64,000 nt of DNA, from contig NZ_CP157522.1 of the NCBI RefSeq assembly GCF_049075655.1, positions 32,001-96,000 on the forward strand, read 5' to 3'. A program made the translations under genes and the position numbers. The number at the start of each line of letters is the position of its first letter. Position 1 is the stretch's first letter. The notes beneath the pieces were generated by a model. That model saw only the letters and a program-made list of their open reading frames with translations. It was not told the DNA's origin and made no database searches. This document shows positions 42,162 to 55,639 of the stretch, one piece after another. The DNA is from Methanothermococcus sp. Ax23 (GTDB lineage Archaea; AGJL01; Methanococci; Methanococcales; Methanococcaceae).

Positions 42162-43055
42162 TCATTCCTTAAAATACGGCTCTCGCCTATTTATACATTC
42201 AACAAAACATTTTTCAATATCTTCCCCATTTCTTAAAGGGGTTAAAACATCAATTAAATTATCATCCCTAAGTAGGCAGGGTTTCAAAAATCCGTCATAA
42301 GTTAATCTAATTCTTGTGCAATGACTACAAAATTCTGTATTATCCATAGGTCTAACAAATTCCACTTCCAAACCATCTACATAATATTTTTTTCTGTTCT
42401 GCATGAACTGTCGAGTAATTACTTTATCCGACTGTTCTGCTATTTTATTTTCTATTGGTGCTATATCTACATAGTATTTTTTCAAACTTTCATTTAATGG
42501 AATAAACTCTATTACCTGCAAAATAGCACCGAGCTCCCTACAATAGTTCATTATATCATCTAAATCATCAATGGTGTTTTTCATTGCTAAATAATTTATC
42601 TTTAAAGGAGTTAAGCCCACATCTATCGCTTCTTTTACACCATTTTTTACCTTCTCAATGTCTCCACAATAGGTTATTTTTTTATACTTCTCTGGATTGA
42701 GTGTATCTATGCTAACATTTACTCTATTAAGCCCCGCATCTTTAAGCTTTTTAGCATATTCTTCTAAAAAAATGCCGTTGGTGGTTAATGAAATATCCTT
42801 TAATCTACTATCTGCCATATTTTCAATTATTTGAGGCAAATCAGTTCTTAAAAGAGGTTCCCCCCCCGAGATTTTTATCTTCTTTACGCCGAAATTTAGA
42901 GAGGTTTTTACAATTTTTCCAATTTCCTCAGGACTCATTAAACTAATATTTTTACCATCATGTCCCTCCTTATGACAGTAAAAACACTTTAAATTACATT
43001 CTGGTGTTATCGAAATTCTCAGAGACCTTATTTCTCTACCAAATGGGTCTTTCAT
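42162..43055 (-). CDS. moaA: GTP 3',8-cyclase MoaA
   Basis: MKDPFGR, CNLKCFYC, GGEPLLR, FCSHCTRIRLT..G.LKPCL. Confidence 0.96.
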   Translation of the reverse strand: MKDPFGREIRSLRISITPECNLKCFYCHKEGHDGKNISLMSPEEIGKIVKTSLNFGVKKIKISGGEPLLRTDLPQIIENMADSRLKDISLTTNGIFLEEYAKKLKDAGLNRVNVSIDTLNPEKYKKITYCGDIEKVKNGVKEAIDVGLTPLKINYLAMKNTIDDLDDIMNYCRELGAILQVIEFIPLNESLKKYYVDIAPIENKIAEQSDKVITRQFMQNRKKYYVDGLEVEFVRPMDNTEFCSHCTRIRLTYDGFLKPCLLRDDNLIDVLTPLRNGEDIEKCFVECINRREPYFKE

Positions 43056-43225
43056 AATATCACTTTGACATACCGACTTAACATAAAAAATAGTGGATTA
43101 ATTATTATCCTTTAACATATTTATACTTAATTAATCAAATATAAAAATGTAAATTAAATATAAAAAATAAAAAAGCGAATTTTAAATCATAATAGGCATT
43201 TCAATTTCATTGGTTATATATATAT

Positions 43226-43918
43226 TTATTCTTCCTTTTTCCCTTCTTTTTTCTTTAAAAAAGTATCTACGAATGATACCTTTTCAACATCGAGTCTTTT
43301 TATAATTTCATTAGCAACTGCCATTTTAACCATTTGAAGGTTATTCATAAATACAGCACTTTCTGGGAGGTTTATTGTAGCAGTATTTTTTGTTAATTTT
43401 ATTTTTAAATCATCTGTGTTTAGTCTTGGCATGTATAATTTGATTAATTCTTTAACAATTTCTTCTGGTTCTTCAACAGCTTCTTCAACTTTTAAAACAT
43501 ATTTTACAGGTTTTCCAGCTAATTCATGGTTGAAATCAACTAAAACTCTTCCACCATTTACGCTTGCAACTTTTCCAGCATTTCCATCGATAGTTATAGG
43601 CATCCCAACAACTGGATTTACTTTATGTTTTTTAAACTCTTTAATTGAAACAATTTTAACTTTTGAAGGGTCTCTTTTACCAAATGCTTTTTCCGGTGTG
43701 AGCTCTAACTCTCTCTCTTCTCCAACTTCCATTTCCAACAATGCCTCATCCAAACCTGGAACTAACATTCCTGAACCTACTGAAACAGTAACTGGACCAT
43801 ACACCATCATTGGGTTGTATATCCCTTCTTTTTTAGCCATCTCTTCATCTGTGGTATCAAATAATTTTCCATTTACATATCCGTTGTATGTTATCTTCAC
43901 AAGTTTTCCTTCTTCCAT
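43226..43918 (-). CDS. FKBP-type peptidyl-prolyl isomerase (long archaeal type)
   Basis: [28 protein letters not shown]. Confidence 0.93.
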   Translation of the reverse strand: MEEGKLVKITYNGYVNGKLFDTTDEEMAKKEGIYNPMMVYGPVTVSVGSGMLVPGLDEALLEMEVGEERELELTPEKAFGKRDPSKVKIVSIKEFKKHKVNPVVGMPITIDGNAGKVASVNGGRVLVDFNHELAGKPVKYVLKVEEAVEEPEEIVKELIKLYMPRLNTDDLKIKLTKNTATINLPESAVFMNNLQMVKMAVANEIIKRLDVEKVSFVDTFLKKKEGKKEE

Positions 43919-44142
43919 TAATCACACCTTCTATATTTTTTACTTTTATTTTGGCATAATTTCCGTTTTTAATGAACTCTTTTAAATTAAGCAAATAACC
44001 ATATAAATAACTAATATATATAATTTTGTTCAACTGAACCAAAGCATAGGTTAAACGATAATATGGTTTTATAATTCCCTATTGTTCATTAAAAACTTAA
44101 ATTAATAAATCATTATAATTACATAAGATTAATTGTGATATT

Positions 44143-44805
44143 ATGGTTATGATTTCGGCAATTATACTATCGGGCGGAAATGCGACAAGAATGGGAGGTG
44201 AAAAACCTTTCAGAAAACTAAACAACAACAATTATTTGATAGAAAATATTGCAAATGTGCTTATTGAAATGAATATCCCTTTTACGATAGTATTTAAACA
44301 TTTGAATAATCTCGATTCTGAAAATATACAGAAACAACATTATATGTTTGAAAAATACCGTCAAACAATAACATGGGACATTTTAAACGATAAGGGACCA
44401 ATTATTGGAATATTATCTGGTATGAGGATACTAAATACAGAATGGGTAATGGTGCTACCCTGTGATATGCCACTTATAAACAAAATTTCAATAGATAAAT
44501 TATTAAATTACATACCTATTGCAGATTCTGAAAAATATGATTGCATTATACCAAAACATGAAAATGGATATATAGAACCTCTATTCTCAATATATAAAAA
44601 ATCATCAATAAATATTTTGGAGGAGCTCGTTAAACAGGTAATTAAAGATGGTAGAACTATCCCAATAAGAAGTTTTATAGATGAATTAAACCCGTTATAT
44701 GTTCCGGTGGATGAAATAGACCACACAAAAAAGACTTTTGTAAATGTAAATACTCATGATGATTTAAAAGCCATAATAAAACACAAAAACAGTAATAAAA
44801 AGTAA
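44143..44805 (+). CDS. mobA: Molybdenum cofactor guanylyltransferase
   Basis: ILSGGNATRMGGEK, GPIIGI, PCDMP, EPL, NVNT..D. Confidence 0.9.
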   Translation: MVMISAIILSGGNATRMGGEKPFRKLNNNNYLIENIANVLIEMNIPFTIVFKHLNNLDSENIQKQHYMFEKYRQTITWDILNDKGPIIGILSGMRILNTEWVMVLPCDMPLINKISIDKLLNYIPIADSEKYDCIIPKHENGYIEPLFSIYKKSSINILEELVKQVIKDGRTIPIRSFIDELNPLYVPVDEIDHTKKTFVNVNTHDDLKAIIKHKNSNKK

Positions 44806-44855
44806 AAATAACAGTAAAAACTAAAATAAAAAAAGGATAAAAAAATAAAATATAT

Positions 44856-45911
<1,056 letters not shown>

Positions 45912-45946
45912 CTATAAAATTTTATTTATCTTTACTTCACGAATCA

Positions 45947-46219
45947 TTAGGCAGGAAGCCCACGATTTCAATCGTTATACAAAACAATGTTTTGTAAAAT
46001 CTCTTACGAGATGGGAGGAATGCCAAAAAATTTATATAACATAGATGGTATAATAATAGTTAAGCCCTAAGGCACGAAGCTCGATAGAGTGGATACGGTT
46101 AAAAGGGTTTATTATTAAGAATAATATAGGGTTGCCTGTCAGCCAGCCTAATGTCCTCCGCCCTAATTATTAAGGGAGTTGGAAGGGCAAGCCAACGGAT
46201 TTATCCGTTGGTAGCTGAC
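45947..46219 (+). mobile_element. Non-autonomous IS200/IS605-type element (end hairpins + omega-RNA-like right end, no ORF)
   Basis: Left hairpin GAAGCCCACGAT-TTCA-ATCGT[insert]GGGAG; right end CAAGCCAACGGAT-TT-ATCCGTTGGTAGCTGAC, with GTCAGC at 46138 pairing to the terminal GCTGAC. Confidence 0.65.
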
Positions 46220-46605
46220 CTTAAACATTCTATTTGGAAATTTTATTTTTGATAATCTCGTTAATATTAATTGTGTTTTTATCGTGCCACTTATGTATTT
46301 TTTAGATAATATACCTTAGCATTACTTTTTATATATTATATTTTTTCTTTCTTTAAGGTCTGCTTCCATGTTATTTAGTAATTATGTAATTATAATATAT
46401 TCAAATATGTTAGTTTTAGTTTAAGATATTTAAGTATATTTAAGTATATTTAGTTAGGTAAAATATTTTATTGTAAGTTAATATATTGTAGATTATATCC
46501 TTTTGATTAAAAGATAATATACATAAATAAATATTGTAATGATTAAAAATAATATATAGTTTATTCGATTTAAAATTAATATTTATAGCTAAATTTGGTG
46601 AAACC

Positions 46606-46998
46606 GTGATTTCTTCAAATATTGAGGATTATCTAGAAAGAATTTATTTATTTATTCAAAAACATAAAAGACCTGTAAAAACCACTGAGCTCGCAAAAAT
46701 ATTGAATGTTAATCCATCTGCAATAACTAGCATGGCTAAAAAATTACACTCAGAAGGGTATGTAATTTACGAACCCTATGTTGGTATCCTATTAAGTAAA
46801 AAAGGAGAAGAGGTTGCTAAAAAAACCATAAGAAAACATAGGATTATTGAAACATTTCTCAGAGATTGTCTTGGCATGGATGCAGATAAATCATCGGAGG
46901 AGGCATGCAGAATAGAGCATGCAATTTCAGAAGAAACTATTGAAAAACTTTATGAGTTTATAAATAAATTAAAATCTAAAAAGGGGAACGAAAATTAG
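46606..46998 (+). CDS. DtxR/MntR family metal-dependent regulator
   Basis: EDYLERIY, RKHRIIETFL, EACRIEH. Confidence 0.93.
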   Translation: MISSNIEDYLERIYLFIQKHKRPVKTTELAKILNVNPSAITSMAKKLHSEGYVIYEPYVGILLSKKGEEVAKKTIRKHRIIETFLRDCLGMDADKSSEEACRIEHAISEETIEKLYEFINKLKSKKGNEN

Positions 46999-47005
46999 TG
47001 AAACC

Positions 47006-47674
47006 ATGAAAAAAAGGCATTTAGAAATAATACTTGATAATTTAAAACCTCATCCAAGCCCAAAATCCCATTTAGAACAATATACAATAGAAGGGAAGCT
47101 TGCCAGTGAAATACTATTTTTTGCAAAAGAGGATATTTTAAACAATTTTGTAATAGATTTAGGATGTGGAACTGGAAAGTTAGCAATTGGAGCAAAATTG
47201 CTTGGAGCAAAAAAGGTCTTAGGAATTGACATTGACAAGGAAACAATAGAATTTGCAAAGGAGAATGTAAAGGGAATGGCTCATATCGATATAGTTAACA
47301 AACTTAATTTGGATATAAATGATTGTATTAATAACATTGTATTTTTACAGGAGGATGTTAAAAATATTAATGAGAATTTTATAAATAAATACAAACCAGA
47401 TGAAGAAATAAAAAACATAGTCATTCAAAATCCACCATTTGGCTCCCAAAAAAAATATGCCGATAGAGTATTTTTAGATAAAGCTTTGGAGATAGGGGAT
47501 GTAATATATACAATACACAATACGCCAACAAGGGAGTTTGTAATAAATTACATAAAAGAAAAAGAAAGAACAATTACAAATATTTTTCAGGCAAATTTTA
47601 GAATACCAAAAATATATGAATTCCATAAGAAGAAATATTTGGAAGTTCCTGTTGATATTTACAGGATTGAATAA
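47006..47674 (+). CDS. METTL5 family SAM-dependent methyltransferase
   Basis: LEQY, DLGCGTGKL, NPPFG, FHKK. Confidence 0.9.
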   Translation: MKKRHLEIILDNLKPHPSPKSHLEQYTIEGKLASEILFFAKEDILNNFVIDLGCGTGKLAIGAKLLGAKKVLGIDIDKETIEFAKENVKGMAHIDIVNKLNLDINDCINNIVFLQEDVKNINENFINKYKPDEEIKNIVIQNPPFGSQKKYADRVFLDKALEIGDVIYTIHNTPTREFVINYIKEKERTITNIFQANFRIPKIYEFHKKKYLEVPVDIYRIE

Positions 47675-47774
47675 ATAAATTAATAAAATGTTATAAATAT
47701 TTATATATTATAAAATTAATCATATTATGAAATATGGATATATAATCTAATCAATAATAGAATATGGTGAGTTT

Positions 47775-48593
47775 ATGAAAGTATTTGAAAATATCAAAAA
47801 TGTTGGTAAAGTTATCAGATTGGAGAGAGTATTCAACAAAAAATCAGAAAAAACAGTTATTATTCCTATGGACCATGGAGTATCATCAGGACCCTTGGAT
47901 GGCTTAAAAGATATGAAAAAAGCCATTAATTCAGTAGCGGATGGCGGGGCAAATGCAGTATTGGTTCATAAAGGTATTGTTAGACATGGGCATAGGGGAT
48001 ACGGAAAGGACATAGGTTTAATAATTCACCTTTCAGCTGGAACTTCATTATCGCCAGACCCAAACGAAAAGGTCGTAGTCACAACAGTTGAAGAAGCTAT
48101 AAGAATGGGGGCTGATGCGGTTTCAATCCATGTGAATGTTGGAGCAGATACTGACTGTGAAATGTACAAAGACTTAGGTAAAATAGCAGAAGTTTGTGAA
48201 TACTGGGGAATGCCTTTAATAGCTATGATGTACCCAAGAGGTAAAAAAATACCTGATGAGAGAGACCCAGAAGTTGTAGCACATGCGGCAAGACTCGGTG
48301 CCGAGCTCGGGGCAGACATTATAAAAACAAGTTACACAGGAGACATAGACTCATTTAGGGAAGTCGTAAAGGGATGTCCAGCACCAATCGTAATTGCAGG
48401 AGGACCTAAAACAAATACTGATAAGGAGTTCTTACAAATGGTTAAAGACGCCATAGAAGCAGGTGCAGCAGGAGTTGCAACAGGAAGAAATGTGTTCCAA
48501 CATAAAGATGTTTCAGGAATAACAAAGGCAATATCAATGGTTGTTCATGAAAATGCTGATATTGATGAAGCTTTGAAAGTAATTAAAAATTAA
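47775..48593 (+). CDS. aroA': 2-amino-3,7-dideoxy-D-threo-hept-6-ulosonate synthase (AroA', class I aldolase)
   Basis: [29 protein letters not shown]. Confidence 0.9.
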   Translation: MKVFENIKNVGKVIRLERVFNKKSEKTVIIPMDHGVSSGPLDGLKDMKKAINSVADGGANAVLVHKGIVRHGHRGYGKDIGLIIHLSAGTSLSPDPNEKVVVTTVEEAIRMGADAVSIHVNVGADTDCEMYKDLGKIAEVCEYWGMPLIAMMYPRGKKIPDERDPEVVAHAARLGAELGADIIKTSYTGDIDSFREVVKGCPAPIVIAGGPKTNTDKEFLQMVKDAIEAGAAGVATGRNVFQHKDVSGITKAISMVVHENADIDEALKVIKN

Positions 48594-48670
48594 AGGAATA
48601 ACTAAAACTTGATGATGATATAGCGAGATATATATGGTTAAATAGTAATAATTAAATTGTAGTTAAATAA

Positions 48671-49381
<711 letters not shown>

Positions 49382-49458
49382 ATTATACTTCTCTTTTTGT
49401 TTTGATATTTTAAAAAGCTATAAATATTAAAAATAATATATGTTCTTTTGGTGGTATT

Positions 49459-49737
49459 ATGAAAGAAAATAATATTGGACAATTAATAGACGCGTTAAGC
49501 AATAAAGAATTGATAATAAGGGTGGATTTGAATAAAAATCTTAAAATATCAAAGTTTAAAATAGGCTCCCTTGAATTGAATGGGGAATTGGGGATAAGTT
49601 TTAGGGATATTAAAGAGGAAATAAAAGAAGAAGAAATTGAAGAGAAAGAGTTGAAGGAAAAGATTGAGGAAATAAGTAAAGAAATTGAAAAAGAAGAATC
49701 TGGGGAAGAAAAAACCAAAAATATTGAAGTAGAATAA
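49459..49737 (+). CDS. Hypothetical protein with acidic tail
   Basis: GGTGGT RBS + ATG, 92 aa ORF. Confidence 0.65.
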   Translation: MKENNIGQLIDALSNKELIIRVDLNKNLKISKFKIGSLELNGELGISFRDIKEEIKEEEIEEKELKEKIEEISKEIEKEESGEEKTKNIEVE

Positions 49738-49876
49738 CTGCTAAAATATACCATAATTACATACTATTTTTTATTTTACTGTTTATCATATAATATTATT
49801 TTTTTATAAAATATTATATAAAATTCTTAATTTTTTACAATAATATATAGGGTAATTTCTATTTTAAGGTGATATT

Positions 49877-50416
49877 ATGGTAAAAATACTTGATGCGTCT
49901 TCATTTATTCATGGCTACAATCCCGCAGTTGAAGAGGGGGAACATTATACTACTTATGGCATTATAGAAGAGGTTAAAACAAAAAAAGATGTTGTCGAGC
50001 TCGCCATTGAATATGGAAAGTTGAAGGTGAGAGAGCCTCAGCCTGAAACCGTTGCAAAGGTTAAAGAAATGTCCATAAAAACTGGGGACACACTATCTAA
50101 AAACGATATGGATATACTAGCTCTTGCAGTAGATTTAAAGGGTATATTATATACCGATGATTATGGACTTCAAAATGTGGCAGAGCGATTAAGTGTTAAG
50201 GTAAAATGTATAGTATCCGAAGGAATTAAAGAGAGATTTATATGGAAACTTGTATGTAGGGGCTGTAAAAAGATGTATAATATAGATTACTTTGATGAAG
50301 CATGTGAAATATGCGGAAGCCCTTTGGAACGAAAAATGGTTAAAAATAGAATGAATAAACAATCGAATACTAAAAAAGGTAAAAAGCACAAAAATAAGAA
50401 AAAAAGTAATAAATAA
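49877..50416 (+). CDS. nob1: Endoribonuclease Nob1 (PIN + zinc ribbon)
   Basis: ILDAS.FI, LS..D..ILALA, TDDYGLQN, CRGC..CEICG. Confidence 0.88.
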   Translation: MVKILDASSFIHGYNPAVEEGEHYTTYGIIEEVKTKKDVVELAIEYGKLKVREPQPETVAKVKEMSIKTGDTLSKNDMDILALAVDLKGILYTDDYGLQNVAERLSVKVKCIVSEGIKERFIWKLVCRGCKKMYNIDYFDEACEICGSPLERKMVKNRMNKQSNTKKGKKHKNKKKSNK

Positions 50417-50454
50417 AATAATGAAAATAATAACACTAATAATTTGGTGAATGT

Positions 50455-51822
50455 ATGAGCTCCGATACTAATGGTAATAATATTAATAATAATTCCATAG
50501 ATTTCAATGAATTTAAAATGATTACAAATGTGGAATTGATTAAGAATGAAAACAAAAATCAGTTGATTATTGAAATAAACAAAAATTACGAAACATCGAT
50601 TACTTTGGATTATGATGTTCAATTGAAGGATGGCATACTTTTTTTAGTTGATGATAGCCTTAAAAAAATAAATAGAAATAGGCTTGAATCTATTAAATCT
50701 GGTATTCTAAATCTAATATCTATAAATATATCCCAGAATTTGATAAATAAAACTACTAAGAGAAAAACATACTACATACACCCGCCAATCCCTTTAATCG
50801 GACATACTGCCTTTGGACTTATAGATAGAGGGACAAATATAATTCAAGTGCGAGGATTAAGTGGATGCAATATAAACTGTCCATTCTGTTCAGTTGATGA
50901 GGGAAGGTATTCAAAAACACGAAAAAATGATTATTATGTTGATTTAGATTATTTAATAGATGAATATAAAAAAATAGTTGAATTTAAAGGAAACAAACAC
51001 ATAGAGGCTCATTTGGATGGTCAGGGAGAGCCATCTTTATATTATCCACTACCTGATTTAGTTCAAAAATTGAATGAAATTAACAAGAAAGGAAAGGGCA
51101 TTGTATCCATGCAGTCAAATGGTATGAACTTAACATATAAGCTAATCGATGAATTGGAAGAAGCAGGGCTACACAGAATGAACCTATCTATAAATGCCAT
51201 AGATGAAAAAATGAGCAGAATTTTATCAGGTAGTAGGGATTATAATATTAATCATGTATTGGACATTGCGGAGTATATAAAAAATTCAAAAATCCATCTC
51301 TTAATAGCACCGCTACTTTTGCCAAATGTCAATGATGAAGAATTTAAAAAAGTAATAGACTACGCCGTTCAGTTGGAAATGAAAAATCCTCAGAATATAA
51401 TAAATCCTATCACCAATAAGAAAAATCCAATAGTAGGAGCTCAGCTATGCCTCACATATCAGTTTGGCAGGAAAATCAAAAAAATGAAGGTATGGAAATT
51501 TAAAAAATTCTATGATTTATTGAAATATTATGAAAATGAATATAAAAAGAACGGCATTGATGTTCAATTGGATACACCGTTATCAAAGGCATTTGGAAAC
51601 CATAGAAGGAAAAAACTTCCAAGTCCATTTAAATTAAACGAAATTATAAGGGCAAAGGTTGTTTTAGATGGAAGGGTAAATGGAGAGGTAATTGGAGTTG
51701 CAAAAGATAGAGTTATCCAGATAATAAATGTCCATCAAAACTATGAAAAACTCATGGGAAAATCTGTTAAAGTTAAAATTTTAAGAACGAAGGATAATGT
51801 ATTTGTCGGAGCTCCGATTTAA
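50455..51822 (+). CDS. Radical SAM protein with C-terminal TRAM domain
   Basis: PLIG..AFGLIDRGTN..QVR, CNINCPFCSVD, DGQGEP. Confidence 0.88.
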   Translation: MSSDTNGNNINNNSIDFNEFKMITNVELIKNENKNQLIIEINKNYETSITLDYDVQLKDGILFLVDDSLKKINRNRLESIKSGILNLISINISQNLINKTTKRKTYYIHPPIPLIGHTAFGLIDRGTNIIQVRGLSGCNINCPFCSVDEGRYSKTRKNDYYVDLDYLIDEYKKIVEFKGNKHIEAHLDGQGEPSLYYPLPDLVQKLNEINKKGKGIVSMQSNGMNLTYKLIDELEEAGLHRMNLSINAIDEKMSRILSGSRDYNINHVLDIAEYIKNSKIHLLIAPLLLPNVNDEEFKKVIDYAVQLEMKNPQNIINPITNKKNPIVGAQLCLTYQFGRKIKKMKVWKFKKFYDLLKYYENEYKKNGIDVQLDTPLSKAFGNHRRKKLPSPFKLNEIIRAKVVLDGRVNGEVIGVAKDRVIQIINVHQNYEKLMGKSVKVKILRTKDNVFVGAPI

Positions 51823-51948
51823 ATAAAAAATAATTAAAATAATTAAGTTTGATAAATTATAAATATTAGGTTTTATGTTAGATATTTATTATTCTATTTT
51901 ATTCTATTTATTTTAGCATTTTATTTTATTAAATTAAGGAGGAAAAGC

Positions 51949-54153
51949 ATGGATTTAAACGATTTAAAATATATAGAGGAAAAACTTGGAAGAAAGCCAA
52001 ACGATGTGGAAATTGGAATGTTTGAAAACCTTTGGAGCGAACATTGTTCATACAGAAGCACAAAAAATGTTTTAAGATTATTTGGAAAGACTATAAAAGA
52101 AAATCAAAATATCGTCGTAGGTCCAGGAGATGACGCAGCATTGATAAAAATAGATGAAGAAAATGATTTATGCGTTGCCATGGCAATGGAGAGCCACAAC
52201 CACCCATCATACATAGACCCATACAACGGTGCGGCAACAGGAGTTGGAGGAATTGTAAGGGATATAATTTCCATGAATGCTAAACCGATAGCATTAATGG
52301 ATGCTTTGAGGTTTGGGGATATAAACGGAGAGGAGCAGGACAAAGTAAGATGGCTTGTTGAAGGAGTTGTTGAAGGTATTGGAGACTATGGAAATAGAAT
52401 CGGTGTTCCAACTGTTGGAGGAGAGTGTGAATTCGATAAATCCTACGACTACAACAATCTTGTAAATGTGGTATGTATTGGACTTGTAAAGGAAAAGGAC
52501 ATAATCACAGGAAAGGCAAAAGAGCCTAATTTATCCATTATACTTGTTGGAAGCACTGGAAGGGATGGAATAGGCGGAGCTTCATTTGCATCAAAAGACC
52601 TTACAAGCGAAAGTGAGGAGGACAGACCAAGTGTTCAGATTGGGGATGCCTTCACAGAAAAATGTTTAATAGATGCCACATTGGAGGCATGCAAAACTGG
52701 AAAGGTTAAGGCAATGAAAGACCTCGGAGCTGCGGGAATTACCTCATCATGCTCTGAAATGTGTTATAGTGGTGGTGTTGGTGCCGAGCTCCATCTTGAA
52801 AATGTCATACTGAGAGAAGAGGGCATGACTCCTTATGAAATAATGGTTTCAGAATCACAGGAGAGAATGCTTTTAGCTGTTGAAGAGGGAAGCGAAGATG
52901 AAGTTATAAAAATATTTGAAAAGTATGAGCTCCCTGCATCAGTGATAGGAAAAACCACCGATACAAAAAAGTTAGTGGCAAAAATGAACGGGGAAATAGT
53001 TGTAGATTTGCCTTTGGAATTGCTCTGTGAAGCTACACTTGTAGATAGGGAAGAAAAAGAATGCATATTGGAAACTCCCGATAATAAGGATGAAATACCT
53101 CAGCCAGAGGATTTAAATGATGTTTTATTAAAATTGTTGAAGAGTCCAAATATCAACTCAAAGGAATGGATTTACGAAAGATACGACCACGAGGTTCAGG
53201 TAAGAACAGTTGTAAAACCTGGAAAGGATGGTGCAGTATTGCGACTTATTGAAGGTTATCCAAAAGGACTTGCCTTAACAACTGATTGTAATCCAACATA
53301 CTGTAAATTAAACCCATACATTGGAAGTGTTAATTTAGTATGTGAATCAGTTAGAAATTTAGCTACTGTTGGGGCAAAACCTATTGGAATGCTTGACAAT
53401 TTGAATTTTGGAAATCCTGAAAGACCTGAAAGAATGTATCAGATAAAAAAATGTGTTGAAGGACTTGCTGACTGTGCAGAGTTCTTCAATATTCCAGTAG
53501 TTGGAGGAAATGTAAGTTTATACAACGAAACCATAATTGATGGAAAGGACTACCCAATAAACCCAACCCCAACAATCTGCATAGTTGGAAAGATTGAAGA
53601 TGTTGAAAAGGTTCCTTCCGTATATAATAAGGTAAAAGAAGGGGATGTATTAATAATTACAAATGAAACAAAGGATGAAATGGGAGGAAGCGAATACTAC
53701 AAATACATACACAACACAGAAAAAGGAATGGTTCCAAGAGCAGATTTAGAGAAGGAAAAAACAATATACAGCACAGTAGTTGAATTGGTAAATGAAGGAC
53801 TGGTAAACGAAGCTTCCGACTGTTCAAGAGGAGGTCTTGCTGTTGCCATCTCAAAAATGTGCATAAGCAACAACATTGGTGCAGAGCTCCACTTAACCAA
53901 CTACAATAAAAACAATTTAAGGGACGATATATTGTTATTCTCAGAGACATCTGGAAGAATAATACTTGCTGTAAGTGAGGAAAATAAAGATAAAGTTATG
54001 GGAGCTCTTGGGGAAAATGGATATGTAATAGGAAAAATCGGCGGAAGTTCGTTAAAAATAATTAACAACAACAAAGAAATTGTAAATATGGATGTGGAAG
54101 AGATGAAAAAAGGATATAAAAATGCATTCTCCGAAATGATGGGAGAAATGTAA
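51949..54153 (+). CDS. purL: Phosphoribosylformylglycinamidine synthase subunit PurL
   Basis: [32 protein letters not shown]. Confidence 0.97.
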   Translation: MDLNDLKYIEEKLGRKPNDVEIGMFENLWSEHCSYRSTKNVLRLFGKTIKENQNIVVGPGDDAALIKIDEENDLCVAMAMESHNHPSYIDPYNGAATGVGGIVRDIISMNAKPIALMDALRFGDINGEEQDKVRWLVEGVVEGIGDYGNRIGVPTVGGECEFDKSYDYNNLVNVVCIGLVKEKDIITGKAKEPNLSIILVGSTGRDGIGGASFASKDLTSESEEDRPSVQIGDAFTEKCLIDATLEACKTGKVKAMKDLGAAGITSSCSEMCYSGGVGAELHLENVILREEGMTPYEIMVSESQERMLLAVEEGSEDEVIKIFEKYELPASVIGKTTDTKKLVAKMNGEIVVDLPLELLCEATLVDREEKECILETPDNKDEIPQPEDLNDVLLKLLKSPNINSKEWIYERYDHEVQVRTVVKPGKDGAVLRLIEGYPKGLALTTDCNPTYCKLNPYIGSVNLVCESVRNLATVGAKPIGMLDNLNFGNPERPERMYQIKKCVEGLADCAEFFNIPVVGGNVSLYNETIIDGKDYPINPTPTICIVGKIEDVEKVPSVYNKVKEGDVLIITNETKDEMGGSEYYKYIHNTEKGMVPRADLEKEKTIYSTVVELVNEGLVNEASDCSRGGLAVAISKMCISNNIGAELHLTNYNKNNLRDDILLFSETSGRIILAVSEENKDKVMGALGENGYVIGKIGGSSLKIINNNKEIVNMDVEEMKKGYKNAFSEMMGEM

Positions 54154-54181
54154 TAAAATAAATAATAATAAAAAATAAAAA

Positions 54182-54967
54182 TTATTCTAACTCCATATTT
54201 TTTAATCTGTTGGAAATATAACTTAACATCTCTTTTAAATTTTCTTTATTATCATATTCATCTATAATTTTTCGGAGCTCCTGTTTATCTATTTTTTTAT
54301 ATTCTTTAATATATTTTGTTAATAATGGGATACATCTTGTCAATTCATCCACTATTGTAATAGTTGATTTCCTCGCAGTTCTTGAAAGTGGGTTTAAATC
54401 AATAGAAATTACTTTCTTACCCATATTTACGAGAGCTTCTGTTCTATCTCCATCTTCCAAAGGAACAAGCACAACATCTGAGGAATATATCCCTTCTTCT
54501 GAAACCTTGCCTCTTAAACTGTCCAAATTTGGTATTTGCTTATCTGCATCGTCTATTCCAAGTAGTTTTATTTTATTATCTTCTATTTTTTCTTTTATAT
54601 TTGAATCTTCTTCAAAAGCTTTTTTTATATTTTCTTCTCTTTCTTTTGTCCTGTAAAATAGATTTACCTCTATTTTGCCGTTTAATTCTTCTGCAAGTTG
54701 GACAATTTCCTCTTTTGCAAGGGCTATCGTATTTCCATTGATTGAAATTACAGGATTTTCTGCTAATACGAGCATTGCCGCAGAGGCTTTTATTGATTTT
54801 AATGCTATATCTGTGGTTTCCTCACCAATAAGGTAATCAAATGCTTCTCCTCTACCGTGTGCAGTAAGCCCAGCTTTTGCAAGTATTCCTTTATCTAATG
54901 CCTCCACTACCTTTTCACGATTTAATAATGATTTGTATCTTGGATGTGTTTTTGGAACAAATGTCAT
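54182..54967 (-). CDS. 4-phosphopantoate--beta-alanine ligase (phosphopantothenate synthetase)
   Basis: [40 protein letters not shown]. Confidence 0.93.
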   Translation of the reverse strand: MTFVPKTHPRYKSLLNREKVVEALDKGILAKAGLTAHGRGEAFDYLIGEETTDIALKSIKASAAMLVLAENPVISINGNTIALAKEEIVQLAEELNGKIEVNLFYRTKEREENIKKAFEEDSNIKEKIEDNKIKLLGIDDADKQIPNLDSLRGKVSEEGIYSSDVVLVPLEDGDRTEALVNMGKKVISIDLNPLSRTARKSTITIVDELTRCIPLLTKYIKEYKKIDKQELRKIIDEYDNKENLKEMLSYISNRLKNMELE

Positions 54968-55025
54968 AATCTCCCTTTTAATTTTTTATATATCGAGTTA
55001 AACTAGGATAATTTATATTAATAAT

Positions 55026-55589
55026 TTATAAATTCCCAACATATTCCAAAATAATGGCCACAACAACTGGAAGGAGTAAATTATCATCAATTTTTATTTT
55101 TTTACTTACAAACTCAATGCAAGCACCAATAAATGCAACAATAATTCCATACATCCCATAAGGATGATATAATATAACACATGCTGAAATAAGGAATGCC
55201 AAAAATCCTTCAATGGTTTTTCCAAAATATTTTATTTTAAGCTTTCCTCTAACTCCAATTAATGTGGCAAGTCCATCTCCAATCGCAAAAACAAGTATGG
55301 AATAAAATGCAGAGTTAATATCTTCAATTATAATCAATGTTATCAACAAACCAATTGCAAATAGAATAGCTCCTTTTCCACATTCATTTTCTCTTCCACA
55401 TGCTTCAAGTAAATCAGATATTATTGGAATATAATGCTCTTTTAAATAATAATACAATAAAATTCCAATTAATATTAAAATAAATAATGGTAGTATAAGG
55501 GGTGTTTTTCCGATATATAGGACGGAAAAAGCTACAATGATTCCAAATATTATATGTAAAGTCTGCCGGTATATTTCTCTTATTATCAT
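55026..55589 (-). CDS. Diacylglycerol/polyprenol (dolichol/phytol) kinase family membrane protein
   Basis: RQTLH, GDGLATLIG, KTIEG, IDDNL. Confidence 0.87.
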   Translation of the reverse strand: MIIREIYRQTLHIIFGIIVAFSVLYIGKTPLILPLFILILIGILLYYYLKEHYIPIISDLLEACGRENECGKGAILFAIGLLITLIIIEDINSAFYSILVFAIGDGLATLIGVRGKLKIKYFGKTIEGFLAFLISACVILYHPYGMYGIIVAFIGACIEFVSKKIKIDDNLLLPVVVAIILEYVGNL

Positions 55590-55639
55590 AATAATACCTA
55601 AGTTATTAATTAGTCAATATCCAATATTATTTACTAAAA

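Noticed and set aside
46428-46452. Short tandem TTAAGTATAT repeat
   Set aside because: Only two to three AT-rich units, expected by chance at this composition; a DtxR-family operator role cannot be supported from sequence alone
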